Of a DNA stretch of 64,000 nt, positions 32,338-41,664 are shown in pieces. Made by a program: the position numbers and the translations under genes. The stretch's first letter is position 1. Each line of letters starts with the position of its first letter. This stretch comes from an uncultured Gammaproteobacteria bacterium (GTDB lineage: Bacteria > Patescibacteriota > Patescibacteriia > PEXW01): assembly GCA_964486505.1 (NCBI GenBank), contig CAZAMC010000003.1, forward strand, positions 19,505 to 83,504, in the 5' to 3' direction. Below the pieces are notes generated by a model. The model had not been told where the DNA came from. It did not search any database and worked only from the letters and a program-made list of their open reading frames with translations.

Positions 32338-33079
32338 TCTTAAAAACCCGGCTGGCTATGGTCGTCTGGAACGTCTGGCTCACGGTCTGCTGGCCCCCAA
32401 GCCGACTAATGTGCATGCTAAAGGTCACCCGGGGGTGGAATGGGTAGAAGTCATCGCCCACGTCGGTAGTATCGTAGCTGAACTTCTGCGGCGTACAGTA
32501 ACAAGTAGCGCCCTTTGTGAACTGGCACTCACTCGTGACGGGATTCAAGCATAACGTGCCCCAACGACATCCCAAATCGTCAGTGCAGACGTCAGGCACC
32601 TGGGCTGCGTACGGATCTTCGGACGGCGCGACGGCAAAAGTCAAATTGCTCACGGTGAGTACGCTGGGCGTAACGCTCGACCATGAAGAAGCGAAGCTTA
32701 CGTCATCACACGCCGTCGTTTCGGCTACCGGGAGCGTGAGTTTTTCGACGACACTGTTCTGAAGCCGGTACCGAACCTGACGATTGAGCGCGTCAACAAT
32801 GACCAGGCAGTTCTTTCCGGTGCCGTCCAAAGGCGCAAAAAGTTTTGTCCGTTCCAGGGGGAACTGGGTTTTGTAGTACGCGTAATCTACAACACCTTCG
32901 CGCAGCTGGTCCGCAATTTCTTCAATGAGCGCCCGAGCGTCGCTCTGCAGCTCCTGCTGTGAAACAGTACGACGCTGCTGCTGAACGTAGAAGACGAATA
33001 AATTCACGGCCAGTAACGATGCAATACTAAACACTCCGAGGGTAACCACTACTTCAATGAGGGTAAAGCCACGACGCAT
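32306..33079 (-). CDS. Type IV minor pilin (PilW-like), prepilin leader MRRG|FTLIEVVV
   Basis: Class III signal G-FTLIE with E+5. Confidence 0.65.
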   Translation of the reverse strand: MRRGFTLIEVVVTLGVFSIASLLAVNLFVFYVQQQRRTVSQQELQSDARALIEEIADQLREGVVDYAYYKTQFPLERTKLFAPLDGTGKNCLVIVDALNRQVRYRLQNSVVEKLTLPVAETTACDDVSFASSWSSVTPSVLTVSNLTFAVAPSEDPYAAQVPDVCTDDLGCRWGTLCLNPVTSECQFTKGATCYCTPQKFSYDTTDVGDDFYPFHPRVTFSMHISRLGGQQTVSQTFQTTIASRVFKNADKFNRYAN

Positions 33080-33083
33080 AACC

Positions 33084-34238
33084 TTATATGTTAATCCAGT
33101 CGTAGAGGTACTCTTGGTAGCTCACCCGGGTCCGGCTCGTGGGCGTGGGCCAGCGCACTTCGCTGGTCACCAGCACGCCCTCCTTCACTGCCTCAATGTT
33201 GTTCAGCCACCCTTTCACATACCGCGCATGGTCGTAGCAGTTTCCGGCGGAATTTTGGTCCATGACCCACTCCACGTATGGCCCGGTGCCATTCTCCCGG
33301 CCTTTGCAGACCGACTGGAACGTAACCACCCGGTAAAATTTTGTTGGCTGGGCGCCCACCAAACCGCTCACGTTCTGGGTAAACGTACCGTTCACCTCAT
33401 AGACCTGTGAGCTGGCAACATTATCCCAGGCTTCTTGCAGGGTGTAGTTGCCGGTGTCCAGAGCCGTGGACGACGGTGCGGTGAAAAACTTCAACGTCGA
33501 TGATGGAGTCGTTACAGTTCCGGACGGGAAAAGGGCAATGGTAGGATACCCCGCCTGGTAATTGAACGAATTCAAGAACATTTCAGAAATCAAGAAAGAC
33601 AGGTCACCAATGTCGGGCCGCGCTGGACTTGAGTTACTGAAGTTACAGGTCGTCTTCTGTATAGTAGAGCCATCCCAGTACGGTAGGTGCCCAGTATTGT
33701 TGTTGTCACATCCCGGGGGGAGAATCGTTAGGTTTATGTAGAGGTACTCAATGAGCGTTTGGACGTCACACATAATTGCGTCTTCATTCCCTTGGTGTAC
33801 ATCATCACTCACTCCCGTGCACATAGCCTGGGTGTTCGGGTCGGAAGCGTACTTGCCACAGCCTTCACGGTCGTAGAATTTGCACTGCCCACTGGCGTCA
33901 ATATCACCAAGGTCGTATTTGTCTTTGTAATCAACGCCGCCCAACGTTGCACTCTTCTGTACTTTCGCCGCCAGGTACTTGTCCCACGCGCCCCCCGCAA
34001 ACTCTACAGCACTCAACGCCCCCGCGTTGCGGTGAGCGTACGCGAGTTCCATCCCCTCCCGGGCCAAGTTCTGGGCAACAATGCGGTCTTGGTTTACACG
34101 GCCCAAGTTAATGGTGGTCAGTATGAGCACCAGGCTGCCCACTACCCCAATCATAAGTACGCCAATAGCCAGCACGCCTTCCAGGAGCGACGTTCCGCGG
34201 GGGAACTTAGTTCGGTGTAGCAAAGTTGCAATCCGCAT
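33084..34238 (-). CDS. Type IV minor pilin (PilV-like), GTSLLEGVLAIGVLMIG
   Basis: PilV-type N-terminal motif with E+5. Confidence 0.6.
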   Translation of the reverse strand: MRIATLLHRTKFPRGTSLLEGVLAIGVLMIGVVGSLVLILTTINLGRVNQDRIVAQNLAREGMELAYAHRNAGALSAVEFAGGAWDKYLAAKVQKSATLGGVDYKDKYDLGDIDASGQCKFYDREGCGKYASDPNTQAMCTGVSDDVHQGNEDAIMCDVQTLIEYLYINLTILPPGCDNNNTGHLPYWDGSTIQKTTCNFSNSSPARPDIGDLSFLISEMFLNSFNYQAGYPTIALFPSGTVTTPSSTLKFFTAPSSTALDTGNYTLQEAWDNVASSQVYEVNGTFTQNVSGLVGAQPTKFYRVVTFQSVCKGRENGTGPYVEWVMDQNSAGNCYDHARYVKGWLNNIEAVKEGVLVTSEVRWPTPTSRTRVSYQEYLYDWINI

Positions 34239-35244
34239 CGATGTACTGGGTAACGACGTTGCTATTTGTGACTTTTACCACGCGGCAACTCGCCGAGGGC
34301 CGATCGGTGAGCCCAAACATAATTTCAACTGCTGTTACCGGATTCGCCAAATCAAGAGCTGGGGTCACGGCCGCGGTAAGGGGCGCGTACTCAGCCACGT
34401 TATCGGAAAGCTTCACTTCGCGGCCATCGGGCGCAAGGTAACGTATCGTGGCCGCAATCGGGTACGGTTGGCCACCCATTGTGCCAAGTAAATCTGTCGC
34501 GGCCGAATACGGATTCGGAACTTGCTTCGACTGCCAAGGCGAACTCTCGCCACAGCTCACCCAATTCTTGGTCATCCCCGGGGGGTTCTTCGCCCAGGTC
34601 ACCCGTACATTCTGAATCTTGGCATGGGAATCCACAGTGTACTTGGCTACTTGGGTATCCCCCTTCGGGAGCGTTTGAAACAGCAGTGTCGCAATTCCAT
34701 CGGGTGGGAAAATACCATTCGAGTCGTTCATGCCATACTCGGGTGGGAAACACGCGCCGAGTGCTCCGGATCCACTCCCAAAACAATTCGTTCGATCGGC
34801 GACGTAGTAGTAACTCTGGCGCGCATTCGAAATGAGCGCGTAATCGGTACTCGCCGAACTATTGTAGCAACTGAATGCCAACATAAAACCTTTCGGCGGC
34901 ACAGGACTCGCCGCCTCACACGCGGTTCCAATTTTTGGGCAGCAGTGACTGCTGCACCCGGAAGTGCCACTATCGGCGGCACACTTCCCGTTCACCAGCG
35001 CACACGTACACGGCAGGCCGGTTCGATGGTAGCAGAAAAACTGCTGCGTCCCTGCTGCAGTTTGCTCTTGCACAAGCCGCAGCCGACTCATGAACAACGA
35101 TGACTCACGTTGCAGTAGGCTGTCCTGATTTGCGCGTTGGTAGTTGGCGGTTACCAGCACAATGAGAATGCCGCTGATGAGGAGGGTGAGGCTTATTTCA
35201 ATGAGGGTGAAACCCCGAGGGTGCTTACGAGGATTCATAGACAT
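34207..35244 (-). CDS. Type IV minor pilin (FimT/GspH-like), ...PRG|FTLIEISLTLL
   Basis: Prepilin signal; LRLVQEQT motif shared with the next paralog. Start at MSMNPRK or MNPRK is uncertain. Confidence 0.6.
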   Translation of the reverse strand: MSMNPRKHPRGFTLIEISLTLLISGILIVLVTANYQRANQDSLLQRESSLFMSRLRLVQEQTAAGTQQFFCYHRTGLPCTCALVNGKCAADSGTSGCSSHCCPKIGTACEAASPVPPKGFMLAFSCYNSSASTDYALISNARQSYYYVADRTNCFGSGSGALGACFPPEYGMNDSNGIFPPDGIATLLFQTLPKGDTQVAKYTVDSHAKIQNVRVTWAKNPPGMTKNWVSCGESSPWQSKQVPNPYSAATDLLGTMGGQPYPIAATIRYLAPDGREVKLSDNVAEYAPLTAAVTPALDLANPVTAVEIMFGLTDRPSASCRVVKVTNSNVVTQYIDADCNFATPN

Positions 35245-35248
35245 ACGC

Positions 35249-36178
35249 TTAGCTAGCGAAGCTGCAGTTCTCATCAATGTGCTGGGAAATGACGCCTTCT
35301 TTCGTCATCCGGATTACCCGGCAGTCAATTACCCGGTTCTTCAGGCCCAGCATGATGTCCACCTGTGACCAGCTCTTCCCGGTAGTGCCAATGACACCGT
35401 CTACTGCTGCAGTATCGCTGATATTGTCATTCAGCACCACTGCCCGGCCGCCCGGAGGGAGGAAGCGAATGAAAGCTTGCAACGGGTAGTCCGGTGGCAC
35501 GTCATCAGCATGAACGGGCTCTAGCTTCCCATTCCAGGGTGAACCACCCAGGTATGCGCCATTGCGGCAGCGAACCTTTGCCGCACTCTGGGTTTCGGTT
35601 AACTGGATATCAACGATGCTCACTTTTGCATCCAGGTCATGCTGCGCGGTTTGGGGGTCACCCTTGGACCGCGAGAGAATCTCGTAGACGCTGGCAATGC
35701 CATCGGCGGCATTCGTTGTCCACTGCGACCCATCACCGAACACGGGCGGGTAGCACAGGGCCCCGGTCGAACCGCACTGCACGAAGTCGGCCACCGTAAC
35801 GTAGCGGCTTGCCCCGAGCGCACTGGTGGCAAGCTGTGATGCAGGGTACGCCGGTTGGGGGCAAGTGAAGAGCACGCCGTACCCTCCGGCAGGTGTGGTC
35901 TCGGCTTGGCAGGTACCGGGTGAGCACTGGCTATCGGCTGTGCAGAGTGTGCCGGTATCTTCCGTACAGGTGCGAATAGTCGTTCCAGCCGACGTTTGCT
36001 CCTGCGCCAGCCGGATATCGGCTACCAGCAGCGCCGCCTGGCGAACCAGTAAACTATCGTCACTCCCCCGGTTGTACCGTGCGAGGATGAGCCCCAGCAG
36101 TACCGAAAAAATCCCCATCGCGACGAGCACCTCGACGAGTGAGAAGCCTTGATGTTGGAGTTGAGGTTGAGCGGGCAT
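35249..36178 (-). CDS. Type IV minor pilin (FimT/GspH-like paralog), ...HQG|FSLVEVLVAMG
   Basis: Start reset to MPAQPQLQHQGFSLVEV (cat at 36176-36178), 8 nt after the pilD stop. IRLAQEQT motif. Confidence 0.6.
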   Translation of the reverse strand: MPAQPQLQHQGFSLVEVLVAMGIFSVLLGLILARYNRGSDDSLLVRQAALLVADIRLAQEQTSAGTTIRTCTEDTGTLCTADSQCSPGTCQAETTPAGGYGVLFTCPQPAYPASQLATSALGASRYVTVADFVQCGSTGALCYPPVFGDGSQWTTNAADGIASVYEILSRSKGDPQTAQHDLDAKVSIVDIQLTETQSAAKVRCRNGAYLGGSPWNGKLEPVHADDVPPDYPLQAFIRFLPPGGRAVVLNDNISDTAAVDGVIGTTGKSWSQVDIMLGLKNRVIDCRVIRMTKEGVISQHIDENCSFAS

Positions 36179-36186
36179 ATTTCGCG

Positions 36187-36993
36187 CTACCACCCAAGTG
36201 CGCGTTGGTACCAGGATACCACGCTGGGACCGAAAAGGAAGGTCAGCACACTCGCAAATGCTAGAAAACTTCCAAAAGGAATAGCCGTCTTGAAGGTCAC
36301 TCGCCCGCGCAGGAGGAGCACCACGGCCCACACACTGCCCACTACATAGGCAACAAAAAGTGCAGCGAGGGTGTAGGGCAAGCCCAAGAAGATGCCCATG
36401 AGCGCGCCCAGCCGGATGTCGCCCGATCCCACCCACCGGCCTTTCGACACGGCCCACTGTGCCGCAAACCAACCGGCGCCAGCGGCCGCGGCCAACACAA
36501 TAGTCCCCAGCTCTCTGAGCATACCGGACGCTACCGCTTCGCTGCCAAAGTGCGTCACCCGCAGAATTTGCACGATGCCAAGAACCACCATGCCCGATAC
36601 ACTGACGCGATCGGGGACAATGCCAAACTTTCCATCAATAACCCCCAAGACCACAAACCACGCTCCCCCAAGAATGCCCAGGAGCGCGAGCACACTCACC
36701 CCAAACTGCCATGCGGTGAGACCAAAAATCGCTGCCGTGAGAAGTTCTACCGCAAGGTATTGGGCGCTAATAGATTTGTGACAGTACCGGCACCGCCCGC
36801 GCAGGGCTAGATAACTAAAGACGGGTATGAGGTCGAGGACATGGAGTACATGCCGGCAGCGAGGACAGCGCGAACGATTCTTCACGCCAACCACCCGCCG
36901 GCCCTTGGGGATGCGGAGAATGAGGACGTTCAAAAAACTCCCAACGAGAGCGCCGAGGATTACTGCCACGGTTATGGTAAACCCGGCCGGCAT
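36187..36993 (-). CDS. pilD: Prepilin peptidase (A24 family)
   Basis: N-terminal CPRC...CRYC zinc motif; multi-TM; catalytic Asp regions VIDGKFGIVPD and GSGD. Confidence 0.85.
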   Translation of the reverse strand: MPAGFTITVAVILGALVGSFLNVLILRIPKGRRVVGVKNRSRCPRCRHVLHVLDLIPVFSYLALRGRCRYCHKSISAQYLAVELLTAAIFGLTAWQFGVSVLALLGILGGAWFVVLGVIDGKFGIVPDRVSVSGMVVLGIVQILRVTHFGSEAVASGMLRELGTIVLAAAAGAGWFAAQWAVSKGRWVGSGDIRLGALMGIFLGLPYTLAALFVAYVVGSVWAVVLLLRGRVTFKTAIPFGSFLAFASVLTFLFGPSVVSWYQRALGW

Positions 36994-36998
36994 GGCCG

Positions 36999-37415
36999 TT
37001 AGCGAATTCCCGCCGGAGTGAGCGTGTGGCGACCAGCCGCTAGGCCCGTGGCGCCCTTTTCCAACGTGAATGCCACTTCGTAGCTTGTCGCATCGGGCAC
37101 CTTGGTCACCAGGTAATCGCCGCCCCGCGGATCTCGCAGTGTACTAATGGTAGAAAAATCCTGCGCTAAGTTGCAGGTGCGAACGGGAACATTGGCTGTG
37201 CTACACCCATTCTGCGCCGCACCCGCGTAGCTGGCCGTGCGATTGTACAGCAGCAAAAACCCAACCTGGAGCCGAGCCATATCAGCTACGCGTTGGGCAT
37301 CGCGCGACTTAGCTCGCTCTGCACTAATGAGCCGAACGCCAATGAAGAGCACCACGAGCACGATGAGTGCCGCCACTACCATGCTGATCATGGAAACCCC
37401 CCGAGGCTGCTGCAT
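36999..37415 (-). CDS. Pilin-like protein lacking Glu+5 (MQQPRG|VSMISMVVAALIVLVV)
   Basis: Pilin-like hydrophobic N-helix and ...AERAKSRDAQRVADMARLQ...; TGCTATACT -10 lies 8 nt upstream of ATG. Confidence 0.5.
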   Translation of the reverse strand: MQQPRGVSMISMVVAALIVLVVLFIGVRLISAERAKSRDAQRVADMARLQVGFLLLYNRTASYAGAAQNGCSTANVPVRTCNLAQDFSTISTLRDPRGGDYLVTKVPDATSYEVAFTLEKGATGLAAGRHTLTPAGIR

Positions 37416-37423
37416 ATGGCCCT

Positions 37424-37432
37424 AGTATAGCA
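37424..37432 (-). promoter_or_regulatory. Extended -10 TGCTATACT, 8 nt upstream of ATG 37415 (leaderless)
   Basis: Motif recurs at six-plus gene starts in this window. Confidence 0.45.
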
Positions 37433-37435
37433 CGC

Positions 37436-39232
37436 CTACTGAGCCTGCAGTTGCTTCTGGATACCCGCTCGGAGCGTCTGCATATTCACGATATCTGTAG
37501 CGTAGGCAGGGTTGGCCGACCACGACCCTTCGGGATACGCCGCCAAAGCTTTGTCAACAACCGCTACGGCATCGGCCAGACGTTTCTGTGAAATGAGGAA
37601 GTTGGCGTACTCCCCAGCAATGTCTAAGTGGAAGGCATTGTCATACGTCACAGCCTTCTGAAAAGCGTGCTCTGCGTCCGCGTAGCGCCGGTCGGAATAC
37701 TCCACGCGGCCCAGTAGCCGGTACGTGAAGTAATTTGTGGGTGCCCATGCCAATGCTCGGTGCAGCTGCTCACGAGCCCGTTGGAGTGCGCCAGCATCGC
37801 CAGGAGCGCTCACCCACAGCGCTTCGGCAAGTTGGTTGCGACGCGTGGGGTCGGGGTCGTAGCGCAAGCCTTGCGCGTATGTTTGCACGGCGCTCTCGGC
37901 TTCCCCATGCGCTAACGCCCGGTCGGCCCGTTCAAAGTAGGTCCAGGCATACGCCACGCCCAAACCCCGAACGAAAACAATGAGGGCGATCACAACCATG
38001 ACGCTGGTCACGGCAAATCCTGCACGTCTGTTCGGCGCGGTGGTTGGGCCAGCCAGCAAGCCGGCCAGGATGAAAAATGCCACCCACACCGCGGGGAAAT
38101 GCCAACCAAAATCCACGGCGGCGGCAATAGCGCTCCCGCCAATAGCGACGCTCAACCAGGCAAGGTGCCTCTGGTCGGCATTCAAGTCTCGAAAGCGCTC
38201 CGCCACCCGCATCGCCAAAATTATGAACCCGCCCACGAACGCCAGCGCCACCAGCCCGCCGGCTTCTGCGGCAATCTCTAGGTACGCATTGTGGGTGTAC
38301 CGTGGTTGCTCAAAGAGCGTTCGCGCGTATCGCGGGTACGAAATTTGGTATGCCCCAAGCCCCACCCCGGTAAATGGACGGTCGATGAGCATGTCCACGG
38401 CGCTCTGCGCAAAATGCCACCGCTGGCTAAAGCTGGAACGGAAGTGCTCCCCTGAGATGACTTGATCAAGCCGAATTCCCGCTTGGAAGCTCTTCAGCTG
38501 CACCGATCGAAGCCCAACTACCCCTCCCAACAGCACCAACAGAATACCCAGGCTCCACACCACGCGGCGAACATTTACCACGCGCCGGCCAGCTATTACT
38601 ATGCCAATGATGGCGGCCAGGCCCAACCCAAACCATGCCGTGTAGGAATACGTCCGCAGGAGAGCAACGGCAATCACCCCCACGCCGAACCAAGACACAA
38701 TCCGCCAACGGCGCGAGCTACCCAGGGCAACGGCAACACCCACCGGCAGAACGAGCGCTAAGAATGCGCCGAGAGCATTCGCGTTGCCAAGCAGCCCCCC
38801 AGCCCGGTCTGCGCCTTCGGTGAACTGGCTTACCAACGCCCACGCGGCACTGCCCGCCCCGCCAACAAAAACCCAACGGAGTACGTTAGGAACATACGGC
38901 CCAGGGATTTCCCGAGCGGCAATGAACGTGGTGAAGCCGATGAACAGGTACGTGAGGTTCCGAACCGACGCGTAGTGCTGCTGTGACCACACTGCCGTAA
39001 GGGCTGCCAGTGCAAATGTGGCAAGGAACCACACCGTGGGTGAACGCCAGCCTCCCGCCAAAGGGTGCGCGTGGCGAGAAAAAATGACGAGGAGCAACGT
39101 GAGAATGCCAAGAACCGCATCCACCCAAGGTGACCAGTCACCCCCAATGACCGTGGCTACCAGGAAGGCAACCACGAGCGACACGGGCAATATGGATTCG
39201 CGGTGGAGGATCATGCCTAGGGTTGCGGGCAC
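37436..39232 (-). CDS. Wzy_C (O-antigen ligase/PglL-PilO-type oligosaccharyltransferase) family membrane protein with C-terminal TPR repeats
   Basis: 10+ TM; periplasmic-loop motif DRPFTGVGLGAYQISY...YTHNAYLEIAAEAGG; C-terminal ~170 aa TPR-like. The start overlaps the pilin stop by 16 nt. Confidence 0.7.
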   Translation of the reverse strand: MPATLGMILHRESILPVSLVVAFLVATVIGGDWSPWVDAVLGILTLLLVIFSRHAHPLAGGWRSPTVWFLATFALAALTAVWSQQHYASVRNLTYLFIGFTTFIAAREIPGPYVPNVLRWVFVGGAGSAAWALVSQFTEGADRAGGLLGNANALGAFLALVLPVGVAVALGSSRRWRIVSWFGVGVIAVALLRTYSYTAWFGLGLAAIIGIVIAGRRVVNVRRVVWSLGILLVLLGGVVGLRSVQLKSFQAGIRLDQVISGEHFRSSFSQRWHFAQSAVDMLIDRPFTGVGLGAYQISYPRYARTLFEQPRYTHNAYLEIAAEAGGLVALAFVGGFIILAMRVAERFRDLNADQRHLAWLSVAIGGSAIAAAVDFGWHFPAVWVAFFILAGLLAGPTTAPNRRAGFAVTSVMVVIALIVFVRGLGVAYAWTYFERADRALAHGEAESAVQTYAQGLRYDPDPTRRNQLAEALWVSAPGDAGALQRAREQLHRALAWAPTNYFTYRLLGRVEYSDRRYADAEHAFQKAVTYDNAFHLDIAGEYANFLISQKRLADAVAVVDKALAAYPEGSWSANPAYATDIVNMQTLRAGIQKQLQAQ

Positions 39233-39696
39233 GCAGTCACGGCTGCTTCGTCGGCTGTGCTTTTGCTATAGCTCAGCACCCACCATGACCCCGGATTCAC
39301 CGGGCGCTCAAGGAAAGCGTACAAGGTGTAGTTCCCGTTTGGTCGCCCCTCGCTATCGTCACATGCCAAATAGTAGTACCACTCATTTGCACTCGGCGCG
39401 TCTGGCAACTGACCCATGAACTTGGGTTCACCAATGAGCGCGTCGTAGAGCACGTTGCCTGTCGTGCTCGTGTTGTTAAACGGCAACGCCGATGCCTGCG
39501 GCGGGAAGTTCCCAAAGGCATCGTAGTAGAGGGCCAGGGCAGTTCGGACTGAACCCAGGTCGGTCTTACGCTTTGAGTCTCGGGCTCGTTCCCGAGCGCC
39601 CTGCATGGCAATGAGGCCGATAGCGGAAAGGATGCCGATGACCGCAATGACAACTAGCAACTCGATGAGGGTAAAGCCCGATCTGCGTTTCTCCAT
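39217..39696 (-). CDS. Type IV pilin (major-pilin candidate A2), MEKRRSG|[16 protein letters not shown]
   Basis: Canonical prepilin signal with E+5; 160 aa. TGCTATACT -10 lies 6 nt upstream of ATG 39696. Confidence 0.8.
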   Translation of the reverse strand: MEKRRSGFTLIELLVVIAVIGILSAIGLIAMQGARERARDSKRKTDLGSVRTALALYYDAFGNFPPQASALPFNNTSTTGNVLYDALIGEPKFMGQLPDAPSANEWYYYLACDDSEGRPNGNYTLYAFLERPVNPGSWWVLSYSKSTADEAAVTACPQP

Positions 39697-39702
39697 GGCC
39701 AC

Positions 39703-39711
39703 AGTATAGCA
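39703..39711 (-). promoter_or_regulatory. Extended -10 TGCTATACT, 6 nt upstream of the pilin A2 ATG (leaderless)
   Basis: Immediately follows the pilin A1 terminator hairpin. Confidence 0.45.
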
Positions 39712-39736
39712 AAAGAGCGCCTCGTGAGCGCTCTTT
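39712..39736 (-). terminator. Hairpin AAAGAGCGC-N7-GCGCTCTTT after pilin A1
   Basis: Perfect 9-bp stem followed by a T-rich run on the minus strand. Confidence 0.5.
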
Positions 39737-39750
39737 GTGCTTTCAGTAGA

Positions 39751-40257
39751 TTACAAGTAGGTTACGGCGCACGTGCTGGTGTTCAACGTTGCATCACTGT
39801 TTAGTGCTTCTCCTGCTGTACCTTGCGTGTAACTCACAACCCACCATGCATTTTGATTCGCTGGTCGCTCCAGGTTGGTGTACAAAATGTAGGTGTCGTG
39901 ATCCGCTGCTGCAGTAACGTCGCACGTCTTGTAGTAGTACGTGTCCGATGTCTGCGCCATCTTCGGCAGCTTGGAGATGAACTTCTGGGATGAGCCCACA
40001 AGGCCCATGCCAATGGAGTTCACTGTTTGGAATCGGTCATCAAACTCAATGCGCACGAAGGCGGGCGGGAAGTTCTGATACGTATCGTAATACAGCGCCA
40101 AACCCGTCCGGACCTGGCCGGCGTCGCTCTTGCGCTGGCTGTCGCGGGCCTTTTCACGTGCCCCGTTGAGGGCGATGAGGCCGACGGCAGACAGGATACC
40201 GATGATGGCAATAACCACCAAGAGTTCGATGAGGGTAAAACCTTTTCGGTTCGTCAT
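39751..40257 (-). CDS. Type IV pilin (major-pilin candidate A1), MTNRKG|[16 protein letters not shown]
   Basis: Start reset to ATG 40257, preceded by AAGGGAGGTGA SD. Promoter TGCTATACT at 40415-40423 gives a ~150-nt leader. Confidence 0.8.
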   Translation of the reverse strand: MTNRKGFTLIELLVVIAIIGILSAVGLIALNGAREKARDSQRKSDAGQVRTGLALYYDTYQNFPPAFVRIEFDDRFQTVNSIGMGLVGSSQKFISKLPKMAQTSDTYYYKTCDVTAAADHDTYILYTNLERPANQNAWWVVSYTQGTAGEALNSDATLNTSTCAVTYL

Positions 40258-40414
40258 GTCTGTCACCTCCCTTCGCTTTATGCGGCGAGGCGGATGTCTG
40301 TTTGGGGGATCAGTGATCAGTACTGAACCACCCATCCTCCCTGTCGCCCAGGTAGCTCGACAGCCACTGGGTAACGCAGTTCAGGACAATCCGCAGCCAC
40401 GACAAGATAGATAG

Positions 40415-40423
40415 AGTATAGCA
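40415..40423 (-). promoter_or_regulatory. Extended -10 TGCTATACT upstream of pilin A1 (long leader)
   Basis: Same 9-mer as the leaderless promoters. Confidence 0.4.
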
Positions 40424-40452
40424 GTTTTTCGCCAACCTGACCAGCACCAACG

Positions 40453-41661
40453 CTACGTAATGGCGTTGCTCACGTTGTAGATTGGCAGCAAAATTGAAGA
40501 AACCATGAAGCCCACACCCACGCCCATGAGGAGCAAAATCACCGGCTCAATGAGCGCAACCAGGTTCCGGACGAGGGCGTCTAGCTCGTTCTCGTAGAAC
40601 TGCGCCACTTTGAGCAACACCTGATCCAACCGACCCGACTGTTCACCCACGCTCATCATCTGGGAAAGCATGAGCGGCACTTGCTTGCTGCGGACGAATA
40701 CGGTGGTAATGGAATTGCCGTCTTCAACCTCCCGAATGGTCTTGTCGAGGATGCCCGAGTACACGTGGTTGCCTACCACTTCCGAGGTAATGCCCAGGGC
40801 CTGGGAAATCGGCACACCGGAGGCCAAGAGTGTGGACAGCGACCGGGCCAGGCGGGTGAGGTAAATCATGGTAAAAATCTTGCCACCAATGGGCATCCGG
40901 AGCTTCACAATGTCCAAAATCCGTCGGCCATTCGCGGTCTTCCGCCAGTAGTAGAAGCCCACAACCACGCCGACGAAGAGCGCAATGACAATGTACCACT
41001 GGTTGCGCATGAAGTTGCTCGTCCAGATCAGGAGCTTGGTTGTAAGCGGGAGCTCCACGCCACCCTGGGTGAAAATTTCAAGAAGTTTTGGCAGGACAAA
41101 AACAACCATCACAATTGCTACCACGACCACCGCGAAGAGCACGACCGCCGGGTAAATGAAGGCCCCCCGGACACGGCTCATGATGCCGTAATCTTTCTCG
41201 CGCTGGTCGGCAAGGTAGATGAGGACTTCGTCCAGCTTGCCGGTGGTTTCACCAGATCGGATCATGGACACGAAGAAGGTGTTGAACACGTTCGGGTAAC
41301 GCGCCATTGCTGCCGAAAGCTTGGCGCCGCCATCGACTTCATCCAGGATGTCCGACAAAATCATCTTGAAGTGCACGTTCTTGGTTTGGCGCACCAGAAT
41401 GCGCAGGGCGCGGACGATTGGCACGTTAGCCGAAATCATCACGGAAAGCTGCCGAGCAAAAATGACTTGCTCCTTAACGGTTACCCGACGGAACAAATCC
41501 GCACTGAAGAACTTCGCGCTCTTCGCCCGCTCTTTCAGGCTCACAATGGTCAGCTGCTTCTCCCGTAGGGTGTCGTACGCAACGGACTCCGATGGCGCGA
41601 CAACGGCACCTTCAACAGTCTGGCCTCCTAAATTTTTGGCGCGGTAATCGTAGATCGCCAT
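40453..41661 (-). CDS. pilC: Type IV pilus platform protein PilC (GspF family)
   Basis: 402 aa; two GspF repeats; 3 TM. Confidence 0.9.
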   Translation of the reverse strand: MAIYDYRAKNLGGQTVEGAVVAPSESVAYDTLREKQLTIVSLKERAKSAKFFSADLFRRVTVKEQVIFARQLSVMISANVPIVRALRILVRQTKNVHFKMILSDILDEVDGGAKLSAAMARYPNVFNTFFVSMIRSGETTGKLDEVLIYLADQREKDYGIMSRVRGAFIYPAVVLFAVVVVAIVMVVFVLPKLLEIFTQGGVELPLTTKLLIWTSNFMRNQWYIVIALFVGVVVGFYYWRKTANGRRILDIVKLRMPIGGKIFTMIYLTRLARSLSTLLASGVPISQALGITSEVVGNHVYSGILDKTIREVEDGNSITTVFVRSKQVPLMLSQMMSVGEQSGRLDQVLLKVAQFYENELDALVRNLVALIEPVILLLMGVGVGFMVSSILLPIYNVSNAIT

Positions 41662-41664
41662 ACG

